A stretch of 64,000 nt of DNA from Trichosphaerium sp. ATCC 40318 (taxonomy: Eukaryota > Protista > Tubulinea). The notes beneath the pieces were generated by a model. It ran no database searches. It saw only the letters and a list, made by a program, of their open reading frames with translations, and was not told the DNA's origin. This document shows, piece after piece, positions 26,301 through 38,084 of the stretch; within the stretch, counting starts at the first letter, position 1; each line of letters begins with the position of its first letter. A program made the position numbers and the translations under genes. The stretch covers positions 40,658 to 104,657 of the forward strand of contig JALMLS010000042.1 in the NCBI GenBank assembly GCA_038496445.1, in the 5' to 3' direction.

Positions 26301-26473
26301 AAGTTTTAATATTGTTCAATGAAACGTTTCAATTCCTATCACGTGATATGCCTGGAAGAATAATTCAGTAAATACGAATTACGAACTCCTTTAGTGCTTA
26401 AGTGGTTTTAAAAAGCCAGTTGCTTGAGTACAACGCACAAACAACACCTCCTACAACATTTCTAACATCAACA

Positions 26474-28047
26474 ATGGCTGAACAACCAAAAACAATCCAC
26501 CAACAACTATGCGAACTACTACCAAACTTTCCTACGTTGAAACCGTCAGTTAAAGGGAAAACACCAAATGTAAGCTTTCGCCACAAAAAAAGAAGAAACC
26601 GGTACCAAAGCAGACAGGCTTTTGCCAAAAGCCTCCGCCTGTACATTTTGAAAGTATATGGGATCCAAACTCAAAGATGAAGCCTGGTACTGCCGCCCTT
26701 AGCTTTTCAGGAAGTTCAGAAGAATGCGTGTTGACGATAGAGCACAGCGGCACGTTCAAAGACATGATACAAACGGCCGTTTCTGATTCGGGATTACCTA
26801 TTGTACTCATGCCCTCACTCTCACGGTATGACAAAGGAGATTTTTGGACAGGAGAGGAAGAAAAGTGTTGCGTTGTTGTTTTTGTTGAGTCTCAAGAATT
26901 CAATGAATACTACAACAAACTAAAGTGTCACCTTTCGAAAGAGAACGCTCGCCATTTCTTAGTCAGTTGGCCTTCTACTTGGAAACATAGAGGCATAGGA
27001 TGCGCTCGACAAGGTGCCAAGTTCTTTGTACATGCTCTAAGACACGAATATGGAGAACTCTTTAATTTCTTTGCCATGGCAGATGACGACTTGAAGACTG
27101 CAGAGAAATTAAATGGGAAAAAAGATGAAGCAAAGTGGAAGAAATATAAGACTCTTTCTGACAACGCTAACTCTACCGGACAAGATGCAATTAAAGCCCT
27201 AATTATATCCTGCGAAAACCTTTCTATTTCTGAACCAAAAGAAGAAGCACAGGCCTTGGAAAAAGCTAATGCTGCTTGGAAGAAAATAGTAACTTTAAAA
27301 GGAGGCAGAGACGTACAGTTTTTACTTTTGTTTATTTCTTTGACTGACGCGTATAACTAGATAAAAACACCTCTAAACCGAGATGCTTTACTCAAAAAAA
27401 AAGACAGCAAACAACAGTTCTATGTCATGACTGATTACTCTCCGTACCAAGCGTTTGTAACACAATGGGTTGGAATTACTAAGTCAGAGTACATCAAGAT
27501 CCAGTGGTTGTACTTGCAATATGCAAGAGACCAATTTCCAAAAGTTAGTAGTCGTAAAATGCCACCACTTGTAGCGCAACTAGATCACGAATCTCAGTTT
27601 TGTTGCTCCCCTCCAAAACTCCAAGAAATGAAACAGTTTGTCACTTGTAACCAAGGCGGAGGAGTAATGGTTGCACACTTTGAATCAGTAAAAGATTGCT
27701 GGTATGTGGCTAGAAATGTATTTTTTCATTGATTGTATTCACTTGCTGTTAGGTATATTCCTCCAAAGCTTTTTTTCGATTGTAATGCACCTACTAAAGC
27801 TCCAGGAACTCCAAACAAGAAGCATAAATTGGATAACCCAGAAGGAAAGACATTCACGTTTTTTCAATGTGAGGATATGGTATTCTTTGAACAACTCATA
27901 GAAGATAACATTGCAACTTGTATTGGGTTAAAATTCATTCGAATGGATACCTTAAATCTTAAAAGTGTTGCTGGTACATCAAGTAGAACTTCAGCAGATG
28001 ATGAAACTCGCCGCAAAACATGGAATGATTCAATCAAAGTTGACTAG
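26474..28047 (+). CDS. GREB1-like / TET-associated (base-J type) GT-A glycosyltransferase
   Basis: Motif order LMPSLSR - VVVFVESQEFNEY - LVSWPS...GIGCAR - FAMADDDL - FQCEDMVF. Introns at about 26570-26613, 27313-27360 and 27702-27752. Confidence 0.72.
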
Positions 28048-28792
28048 AAACAATTTTTCTTTTCTGGCATGGTGATAGTTAGCAGTCCTCAACTTAGCAA
28101 TTGAGTGTACACTTGCAATAAATGACATTATCTTTTTTTTGGTTCAAGTCGTGTGAGCAACAGCTCAGTAATCAATTGTTATCGCCATTTTTTCATAAGT
28201 ATTATACTGCTTGGGTATGGAATAACACTAAACCAATAACGTTGCACTGCATTAAAATGTTGTAACGTTTGAAATGCGTTGATACAATATAAAACGCTTA
28301 CAGTAGAAAGTGTAAAAGTCAGCACTACCGATAATCTGAGTCAATTCCACTGTAGAACAACTTACAGTGTATTTGTAATGATTTACACGCCAGTTGACTA
28401 TGACGTAAAAGTGTGACTAGAAGTGGTCGATAAAAGGGTATAGCCGGTTTGCCCGTTAAGTTTTTGGGACCGGTTATAGCCGGCTACAACCTGCTAAGAA
28501 AAATAAGCAAAAACTCACCTTTTTTTGCATGATACTAGGCTCTGGACCTTTGTATCGACTGCACGAATTTCAGTGCCAATGAGACATGTATAACTTAAAA
28601 CAAGAATGTGGTGGCATGGTACAACACCATCAAAATCTCATATTTTTAAACGGATAGCTGATTACAGATTGTGTTGCTTCTTTTCTTAGCCGCCGGACCA
28701 CGACCACCTACCTAAGTGTGACTCACAGGATTCCACCTAAGGTACAAACCCTATTGCTTAAGACATTTTAAAGAATCAACTACCTACAAAGC

Positions 28793-29440
28793 ATGAATTG
28801 TAACGTGCCAATAACAAGTGAAACAGAGTATTTTGGCTATGAGGAAGACAAAGTAACGATTATCGTTGGTGATAAGACACTGTACGCTCATAAGATGTTA
28901 TTGGAAATGCACTCTCCTGTATTCGAGGCAATGCTAAAGCCCCATATGAAGGAAGGCAAATCAAAGGTGATTGAAATGAAAGTACGTATTCTTTACTTCA
29001 AAAAACAAACAAAATAAATAACGTGAATTCTAGGATAAGACATACGAAGATGTCTTCTTGCTTCTTTCGTTGATTTATAACCCCGGTGAACGTATTCCTG
29101 AAGATGCTTCGCGTTCTCTAGAACTAGTCAGGGAGTATCAAATCAAGTGGTTGCTTAATAAATGTGTTGATACAGTTTCAAAACGCGCCCAAACACCAAG
29201 TATGGAGCATTAAATAAACCTTGTACTAAGCGTGATATAGATCATTTCCTTCAAGTAGATCTTTGTGGTGACGCTTATGAAGATGTAATTTCGACCTACT
29301 TTCTTCCTTGGGCAAGTGGTAACTTAGCCAAAGTCCAACCTGTTATGCAATTCTTGACAGCTACTACGCATGAAAAATTAATTGCGCTCGTTGTTAATTC
29401 ACTTACAAAATCACAATTGGATAGCGATGACGACTGGTAA
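28793..29440 (+). CDS. BTB/POZ domain protein
   Basis: VTIIVGDKTLYAHKMLLEMHSPVFEAML..HMKEG...I.MKDKTYEDVFLLLSLIY. Two short introns. Confidence 0.88.
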
Positions 29441-29458
29441 ATAAATAATGCGTTCACA

Positions 29459-29590
29459 TCCCCGGTGGTCTAGTGGTAAGAGTTCCGAATGTCACGCGTT
29501 TAAATTCTTCGTTACATACCTGTTAGCGCTTTGAAATCAAAGCAATAATAAGGCATTACTGATAACAATGTGATGCGATCACCACTTTTT
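29459..29590 (+). repeat. tRNA-headed 132-nt unit, copy 2 (anticodon position reads GTC, no adjacent 3' half)
   Basis: TCCCCGGTGGTCTAGTGGTAAGA...GTCACGCG followed by the same 92-nt tail as 9633-9724. Confidence 0.85.
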
Positions 29591-30120
29591 CTTTGTTACT
29601 CAAACCAATAGCGTAGTAACAAGTGTCTATGAAATTCCTTGTCATGCGTGGTGCTATTGAAGAATTTTATTTGCATGCTAAGATTCTTTGAATTAATTCA
29701 AACGCCCTTAAGCCACGTATTGTCCGTATCATTCAAGTTTGCGACAGGTTTGGTAGAAGTATCAAAGTGCAAGTTATGTCAGATTTTGTCAGTTTGATAG
29801 TTCTTGCAAGAACTGGCAGCTTTGATTACAACTAGTTGGAACCAGTGCAATGTGAACACATCACATTCTACAACTCCAGTCAAGGTACTCGCTACAACTA
29901 CCGTGCTTGCCGTCCTTATACATTGGCAAGATGAAAAAGTACTGTGTCAACGTCACATCATCTAACAAGACGATCGCAGTATTTTACTTAGGTGCGCTCT
30001 CATTACTACTCACCCCAAGGAGCCATAAAAATGGCTACGAATTAGTAATGATTTGCACTTTAACTTACTAACACCAAGCGCGAATGCTGGCACATAATCA
30101 GGCGTAAAGAGGAGTATTAA

Positions 30121-30636
30121 GGGTGCGCTCTGAGCAAAAAAACAAAAAATTTAAATTTGATCGTTTGCACCTCAGAGTGCCGGAATAATTTTTCTTATAT
30201 TTTTGAAGCATACACATTGCACTTATTGGTTTACTTGCGGATGGGTGTTAGTTCAAATCCGCATGTAAACCAGAAAAGTGTTGCTGAAATTTTAACAATT
30301 TTACTACGGCATCCTACGGTGCCCATACTTTTGTCACATGGCCGTCACATTATATAAATGCGTCAGCAGCAGTGATAAGGTGGAGAAAGATGGAGATTCT
30401 GAGAAATCACCAAAAAACTGCCTTTTTTGCCAATTTTTATCATAAAATCACTTTTGTTTTTGCAACTATACAAACTCTACACCACTTGAATGTGGAGAAT
30501 ATATATACAATAAAACGTTTTCACTTCCAAAATGTTTTTTGGCAGGCTTAGCTGGCCACTAGAGCTAAATTACAAAAAAAAAAAAAAAATTGTGGCGAAT
30601 TTTAGTGAATTTTCTGATCGAGCACAGAGCGCACCC
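30121..30636. mobile_element. Non-autonomous TIR element with TTAA TSD (Kolobok-like), nested
   Basis: TTAA|GGGTGCGCTCTGAGC ... GCACAGAGCGCACCC|TTAA, 14/15 inverted match. Confidence 0.85.
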
Positions 30637-30856
30637 TTAAACGTGAGATAACGTTAAAACCTAAAAGAAAATTACAAGCGCTTCCAAAGTACCTTGCGCT
30701 GAGTGTACGGTACTAAGATAGCGTAATAGTACGTTTTAGAGTATATGAGACAACCGCTGGACCTTAGAGGACGTTAACAGAACTGCTACCAATGTACAAA
30801 ATAAAATAATGGTTAAAAACACGTGGTGTCGCAATAATATGTTGTAGACGTGGATG

Positions 30857-31623
30857 TATTGTCTGTTTCATTCAAGTTTTGAGACAGACTGACTTTTAGC
30901 AAAAAAAATCCAGTTTCTGCCCGATCTGTCAGATCTGACGGATTTGACACTTCTGACAGATCTTGCAAATTGTCATTTTTTTAAATGTGATCTACCCTCA
31001 CGCCTGTCCAGTGAATCCAACCGTTTCAAACCCACGTGATTTAACAAACCCAAGCAAACTTTTTTATTACATATTTGACGCCTAGCGGCGTTTACAAAGC
31101 CTACAGCAACGCTGGTGGTGTTTTGGGGCGGTTTGACGTTGTTACACCTTCATTACTGCGGATGCTACCATAGCGCTTCTGTTAGCGTGGGGTAGGCGCT
31201 AGCGTAGCGCTAGTAAGTTATACACGTACGTTGATTTTTGAAGCAAAACATACAGCAAACAGTGTTTGAGGCATTCATACCGTGTTTGGCGGTAATGCGA
31301 TAGCTTTGTAGGACATCATACCTTTTTAATTCGTTTTTAACGCATTGAACACCTCTGTGGTTTGATCGTACCGTGTACAGTTGGCGTAGGTAAAATACTG
31401 CGATCATCTTCCATGGTTTGTTGAAACTTACATTGAAAATTTTGCTATCACTTACCGTAAGGTACCTAAGTCATAATGAAGGACAACAGTGTAACACAAA
31501 TAGTTCACATTGTGATAGATCTACACCATTTGACAGAAGTGTCAGATCTTGCTAGATCTGCTAAAAGTGCTAAAAACTCACTTTCTAGAAAATATTAGTA
31601 AAACTTGAATGAAACATACAATA
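30857..31623 (-). mobile_element. Inner TIR element related to the outer one, in opposite orientation
   Basis: Termini TATTGTCTGTTTCATTCAAGTTTT / AAAACTTGAATGAAACATACAATA, the same subterminal repeats, and a shared internal motif AAGA(C/T)GATCGCAGTATTTTAC on opposite strands. Confidence 0.8.
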
Positions 31624-31883
31624 GTTTTTTTTCCAGAACTGACAAGATCCGTCAGATCTTGTAGTTTTAACAGATCTTGCACGAACTAACAAGATCTTGT
31701 AGAACTAACAGAAGTTGCAAGATCTGTCAGATCTGACTAAACACGAAAACCAAAAGTCACAAACAGCAAAAAGTTGCAAAGATTAGCAAACTTGAATGAT
31801 ACGGACAATAACAAATTGAAACTTGCGAATTCTTTTGACACGCTTATGGCTGAAAACTTACGCAACTCAACGTACTACTAGTT

Positions 31884-33172
31884 GTGCACTTCCAAGCGCC
31901 TAATTACGGCTGTAGCGGCAGTACAGATAATTTTGATTCAAACAACAATGTAGAATCTACTCTGGGACTACTAGATATGCCTGTAGAGATACTGACGCTT
32001 ATACTACACCAAACAACAAATATAATTTGTCCATCAGCCCAAACATGCCGTAGACTTGCTTCAGTAGTCTACACAGTAACAGGATACAATAGCCTTAGAT
32101 TATTCGATGTACAAGCCGCTAAGTTCTTTGGCACCTGTTCTGGTATCCTAGCACACACGTACATTAAAGTAAGCGTATTCTTAACAAAGGCAGAAGTAAA
32201 TGAATGCATGAGAGCGCTTTCAGGTATAAAGACGATAGATCTTAGTAGAACGAAGGTAACAGATGAAGGAATAAAGTATCTTAAAGGTGTACATACGATA
32301 TACCTTGAATACACATCAATAACAGATAAGGGCGGACCCACGTTTTTTCCGAATTTTTCGAAAGAAAAAATTCGAAAAAATAGAATTCGATACAAAAACC
32401 GAATGCCTACACCCACCAATGGATCACTATATGTGAGCGAAGGTTGGGTTCTAGTTCCGAGCACAGCGAGGACCCGACCGTAAGTGAACCAGGCGCTTTC
32501 TAGTTGAGTGGACTGCCCTAGCTATGCATCTTTCTATGAATTCTATTTTTTCGAATTTTTGTTTTCGGAAAATTCGGAAAAAACTATGGCCCCGATAAGG
32601 GTGTATCAGAGTTATCTGGTGTTCATTATATTAATCTATCAAACACAGGTGTAACTAATAGATGCCTTAATGCACTCAGAGGTGTTCACACGATAAATCT
32701 TAGTCATACTTCTGTAGATGATGCTGGACTTGTTCCTCTTGCTGGCGTTCGCACAATATACCTATACAATACAAATGTAACAGACAAAGGTGTTAAGGTT
32801 CTTAAAGGGGTGCATACAATTGACTTGAGCAAAACACATGTCAAAGGACATTGTTTCAAGTCACTTCAAGGTGTTCATACTATTTACCTTGAGCGTACCG
32901 CTTTAGATGAAGACTGTATTCAGGACCTTTCTGGTGTACATACCATTAATCTAAGGCATACAAGAGTAACCAACAGAGGTCTCAAGTTATTGGGAAAAGG
33001 TGTTCATTCAATTGATTTAGGGTTTTGTTATAGTTTTGATGATGAAGGTGTTAGATATCTCGTTGAGGATGTTGGCATTAAGTTTTTAGGTTTGATAGGA
33101 AGTGGTATTTCAAAGAGATATTATGCAGAGCTTTTACAAAAGAGTGGACCAAATACTCTTACGCTCCAATAA
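31884..33172 (+). pseudogene. F-box/LRR gene interrupted by a MITE
   Basis: F-box LLDMPVEILTLIL and GVHTI.L LRRs on both sides of the insertion. Removing 32333-32601 restores ...SITDKGVSELSGVHYINL. Confidence 0.85.
32333..32593. mobile_element. 261-bp MITE with about 56-bp TIRs and 8-bp TSD GATAAGGG
   Basis: TSD at 32325-32332 and 32594-32601. TIR core GTTTTTTCCGAATTTT.CGAAA..AAAAATTCGAAAAAATAGAATTC. Confidence 0.92.
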
Positions 33173-33524
33173 ACAACAATAAAAAATATCTCAGTTTTTG
33201 TTTGGTTGATGTTTGTTTTATACATACAATCCAATAGGACTTGCTCTGCAACAAAACTTTGTATACTGTCTTTATTAAAATTCTTTTAGGATTTGCCCTC
33301 TACACTTTAATTTCCTAAGTTAAAATACATCAAGTCATCCTCTGGTTTTAGAAACTCTTTTCGATTCATTGCAAAATCTTACTCATTTAAGTTTTTTTAC
33401 ATGTAAAACATTTTCTTTTGAAACTTGGGTGCCACTGTGTCACTGCCTTCAAAGGTGATTGTTTATTATTTACATGTTCTTCATATCTTACAGCATGTTT
33501 ATGTACAATGGTATGTGTTGTTTG

Positions 33525-34214
33525 TCAGGTAATAATGTTTGTGTTTTGACGCTTGCCATTTTTATACTTTCTTTTGCAGGTTAGTTGACCTTGTTCGTTC
33601 CACTCACTATATTCTCCTTCCAGTTTACCATTTATATAATAAGAAAACCGTTTTAATTGACCGTTATCAAACCATGTCTTATACTCTCCTTCTAATTTCT
33701 TATTGGAATAAAAAATCTTTGCACTTTTTTCTCCATTAACATGCCATCTATTTACCTCTCCTTCAGCTTTATTATCCTTCATATAACAATGAGTTGATAA
33801 TACACCATTACTATACCATAGTTTATAATCTCCTTCAAGTTTACCATCAACATAATGACATAATCTGTTTAATACACCACTATTAAGCCACGTTTTGAGT
33901 TCACCATCAAGCTTGCCATTCTTAAAATTACGATGTATCTTAAGCACAAAGTCACCAGCTCTGACTTTTGTAACTTTCTTGTTTGGATCAAATTTGTACC
34001 AACACTTGTATGAACCATGACGTATACCATGACTATAATACTGTTGATGTATGATGCATATCACAATACCTGTAGACTTTTTATGTTTGATCCATTTTCC
34101 ATTTTTTTCAAAGTTATCATCAAACCTTGTTGACAAGGCTGTTTTCTTTGATAGTAATGCCCACTTTTGATAAACTTCAAAGTCTTTATCTATAATATCA
34201 AGTTGTAACTCCAT
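33525..34214 (-). CDS. MORN-variant (YwqK-like) repeat protein with F-box-like N-terminus, intronless
   Basis: Repeats GKLEGEYKxWYxNGxL. SLLQLPMELQLDI lies in frame around the first ATG. Confidence 0.85.
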   Translation of the reverse strand: MELQLDIIDKDFEVYQKWALLSKKTALSTRFDDNFEKNGKWIKHKKSTGIVICIIHQQYYSHGIRHGSYKCWYKFDPNKKVTKVRAGDFVLKIHRNFKNGKLDGELKTWLNSGVLNRLCHYVDGKLEGDYKLWYSNGVLSTHCYMKDNKAEGEVNRWHVNGEKSAKIFYSNKKLEGEYKTWFDNGQLKRFSYYINGKLEGEYSEWNEQGQLTCKRKYKNGKRQNTNIIT

Positions 34215-34610
34215 AGGTAGCTGTAATAGACTGCAACAACGTTGTGACTGTGAAGTAAATATCTAGTTTGCATTCGCTTGTTAGGTTAATCGATAGTTGT
34301 TTTTTAAGACTCCGTACCCGTTGTACAATGTATGCAAGCGCACTGATCATAAAGAAGAAGCTAAAAACTAGTAAATATTGAAATACCATTCAATGGGTTT
34401 GGTTACGCGGAACAGGCGCAATGGTATTATTAGTAGCACTATCAATGCGTTGCAGTGTTCAAATCGTTAAAATTTCCCTGTGGTCTACAGTAGTGACAGC
34501 ACTGAGGTGCTAAACGATATTAAAAGGACGTGAAGTGACCACCAACTATCGTAAAGAGTTTTTTTGACTATAACTGACTTGAAAACTTCGTTTTTCTCAA
34601 GACAGACAGA

Positions 34611-37443
34611 ATGGAGCCATCACGTGTTTTATTTATCTTCACGGTTTTAGTTTGTGTTTCAAACGCTCTAAGAGCGCCTTTGGACAAACCTAACATTGGT
34701 ACACTTCTGAAAATACCCAGCTTGTAGTACTAACGTATCCGGTAGTGGTTCTTTTTGCTGATGACCTCGGTGCGTTAAAAAAAGTTGTCATATTTTTTGT
34801 TGAGACTTTTTTAGGCTATGGGGACCTTAGTTGTAACGGACACCCAACGATAAAGGTGACTAGGGATCGAATATAATTTAAACGGATACTTACACTTAGA
34901 AAGACACCAAACCTCGATTTCTTAGCTGAGAACGGTATTAAGCTCACCACGTGGTATGTTTAGTTCCATTTTGATTGGTTTTTCAAGAAATTTGAGAGAA
35001 GCTCTTATGTTAACTGCTAAAGGTATTCTGGAGCGTCAGTATGTACTCCATCACGGTATGAGGGTTTAATAATGCTACTCTGATAATGTGATAGCGCTGC
35101 ATTGCTTACAGGTCGATTACCTATTCGTAGTGGCCTTGCAGATAATAGTCATCGCGTGTTGAGGTATTTTTTGAGCTCTGTCTTTGTAGAAAAACCACTA
35201 GAATCATTTTTTTAGGTGTGACTCTGAAGGTGGTTTACCAGCCAACGAAACTACAATAGCTGCTCATTTAAAGACGGTCGGTTATAAGACTGGTATGATT
35301 GGGAAGTGGGTAGGGACATGAAAATTTTTCGGAAAGACTTTTTTTGTAACAAACACGTGCAGCATTTAGGGCAACGTAAAGAGTACTTACCACCTAACAG
35401 AGGATTTGACTTTTACTAGTACGTTACGCCTCACCCAGCTCAATATTAACCCTCTTCAAGTGGTATTCCTTTCAGGTACAGCCTTAGAGTCATTAGTATC
35501 GTTAAAAGGATTGTAGCGTTGATATGGGTTCTTTAACACCTTACGAAAAGTATGTCAACTTTTTGTTATTTTGGAACAAAATTATTTCTAAGTTAATTTG
35601 TAGTCACCAGGGTTGTACACCTCTACCTTTAATTCAAAATTTGGATGTAATAGAAGCACCAAGTACTAGTCATGTGCCTCTGCTCTGATTCACTAACGTT
35701 CCAATAGCTGATTTGACGAAAGTTGCTCCGCGATATTCTGAGCAAGCAGTTAATTTTATTAAAGAAAACAAAGACGATCCGTTCTTTCTGTGAGTTACAC
35801 CATAAAGCTTATGCGTATATGATCTTATTTTTTACTTAGATATATGGCATTCAGTCACGTGCGCAGGTGATTGTCGTTTCAAAGTAACAATATTAATAGG
35901 TACATACATCTATTGAAGGTCATTGGCAGTGGGTATCAGAGAAATGGGCAAATACATCTGACAGGTATAATATCCTTTTGTGTTTTGTGCCCTGGCGTAA
36001 TCTCTTACTGTTTTTTTTCTAAAAAGAGGATTGTTTGGCGATGCTACTCAAGAACTTGATTGGGTTGCTGGTGCGTAATTGTTTAAATAGAGAAAAAGAA
36101 AACCTACAAGTTGAAACTGCCTTTTTTGCTCTATCTCGAACACTTAATCACTCGCTCTTGTTTTATGTTTTCAAAGCGTATTTATGTAGTAATATGTGCT
36201 ATAATAATTGGAGCAGTGGTGTGATATAAATCTAACTGGCTTTATTTTAAAGGGAACATCATCCAAACTTTGATAAATGAAAAGTTGCAAGAAAATACTC
36301 TTGTATTCTTCACTTCTGATAACGGTCCATGGTACCAGACTAACAGTTATTAACGCCGTTTACTCTTTTATAAGGATGATAAGATATAAAGACGGAGGAT
36401 CAGAAGGTCTATTCACAGGGATATCAGCAGGATACTCTGATACAGTACATCCTTAATTAACACAGATTTTCGACTCACCATGTTTAGGGAAAAGGATCAA
36501 CCTGGGAAGGTGGTGTCAGGTAAGTTCTGATTTGGGTGTTTAAATGACAATAATATTATACAGAGAGCCAGGTATTGCTTGGTGGCCTGGTCAGATAAAA
36601 CCAAACACAGTGTCAGATGAAATTGTAACATCAGTACGTCTTGTTTTTCTAGTCTTTTTGTTCTCCAATTTTTTGCTTTCTGTTGTACATCAAATACAAT
36701 CGCGCACCTAAAGCGGAGTATATTGATAATGTATTACGCCGTCATTGCTTTATCATCTAAAATGACTAAAATGGTGTTCATGAATTTCTCTTTTTATTTG
36801 TAGTAATTTCTTGCTTATTTATTTGGTAGTATGATATTTTCACAACAGGTACCCATAAGATTGTTTGAGTACCTTTCCCTAATAAAACAAAGTCTTAAAT
36901 GTTGCGGGCGTTCCTATACCTACGGATAGAATCTTTGATGGTAAAGATATGATGCCAGTATTAAAAGGAGGAAAATCAGAACATGAAGATCTGTTTTTGT
37001 ATCGTGGAGCAACCCTTTACGCTGTAAGACATGGTGCTTACAAAGGTACCAATAAGTGCATGTGTAACTATTCACTAAATATAACTAGCGCATTTTATAA
37101 CCAAATCAGGTTACGGCAAGGACCCAGCTGTGCGGCGTTATTATTTGTTCGCGCTTTTTTCTTATTATTTTTTAAGATCACCCACAACCCACCGTTGCTC
37201 TTTAACATCAATGTTGATCCTTCTGAGGCGTATCCACTTAACGCAAGTCAATATAAAGACGTTATAGCCGCGATAAATACTGCCGTGGAAGCACATAAAA
37301 AGAGTCTCATCAAAGGCAAAGATCAAATGACTTTGGCTAATATCGAATACGCTGTATGCTGTTCAAAAGTACGTTAAAGAAACAGTGATTAAGACTAATT
37401 CTATCTAAAGGCAAACAAGTGTACGTGTCTAAGCGACAGCTGA
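34611..37443 (+). CDS. Arylsulfatase (ARSA/ARSG/GALNS-like), very intron-rich
   Basis: [29 protein letters not shown] (formylglycine motif), [26 protein letters not shown]. Confidence 0.93.
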
Positions 37444-37511
37444 GAAAAATAAAACAAATAGCAGTTTGATTAAAATACAGTGAGGTTTATTTTGTTTACA
37501 GTTTTTTTTGT

Positions 37512-38084
37512 TTAAAGAATACGACACTTCTTCCTACTCTTTTTATCTTTTTTTGATTTCTTTCCCTTTTTCTCTGGGACAGTCCTTCTGCGTATGACTC
37601 TCACAAGTTCAAAAAATGATTCTTCAACGTTCATCCGCGTCATCGCTGACGCTTCAAAAAAAGGACATCCAAATTCTTTTGCTCTTGTTTCGCCATCAGT
37701 TGTTGTGACTTGTCGCTCATCTTCAAGATCAGCTTTATTACCAACAAGTATCATAGGAACATTGTCGTCTTCTTTAACTCTCACAATTTGATTTTTGAAT
37801 TGGTAGAGCTCGTCAAAGCTGTTTGTACTCGTGATGGAATAAGTGAGTATAAACCCAGTGCCTGTTCTCATATATTGATCTCTCATTGCGGAGTATTCTT
37901 CTTGTCCGGCTGTATCAAGAATATCCAAAAAAGCTACTTCATCGTCTATTACGACTTGTTTGCGATAAGAATCTTCAATTGTAGGGTCATATTCATCGAT
38001 GAAGTGGTTTTGAATGAGTTGTATTGTAAGAGCCGATTTACCGACGCCACCGCCTCCAACGATTACTAGTTTGTATTCAGTCAT
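37512..38084 (-). CDS. ras: Ras GTPase (RasG-like), intronless
   Basis: [28 protein letters not shown] and CAAX motif CRIL. Confidence 0.97.
   Translation of the reverse strand: MTEYKLVIVGGGGVGKSALTIQLIQNHFIDEYDPTIEDSYRKQVVIDDEVAFLDILDTAGQEEYSAMRDQYMRTGTGFILTYSITSTNSFDELYQFKNQIVRVKEDDNVPMILVGNKADLEDERQVTTTDGETRAKEFGCPFFEASAMTRMNVEESFFELVRVIRRRTVPEKKGKKSKKDKKSRKKCRIL

Larger units (their letters stand above)
29718..31810. mobile_element. Outer non-autonomous TIR element carrying two nested elements
   Basis: Perfect 25-bp inverted termini TATTGTCCGTATCATTCAAGTTTGC, with subterminal GTCAGATCT-like short repeats at both ends. Confidence 0.85.

Noticed and set aside
32333-32601. MITE acting as a self-removing introner
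   Set aside because: No GT or GC donor at the left boundary combines with the AG in the right TSD to restore the frame.
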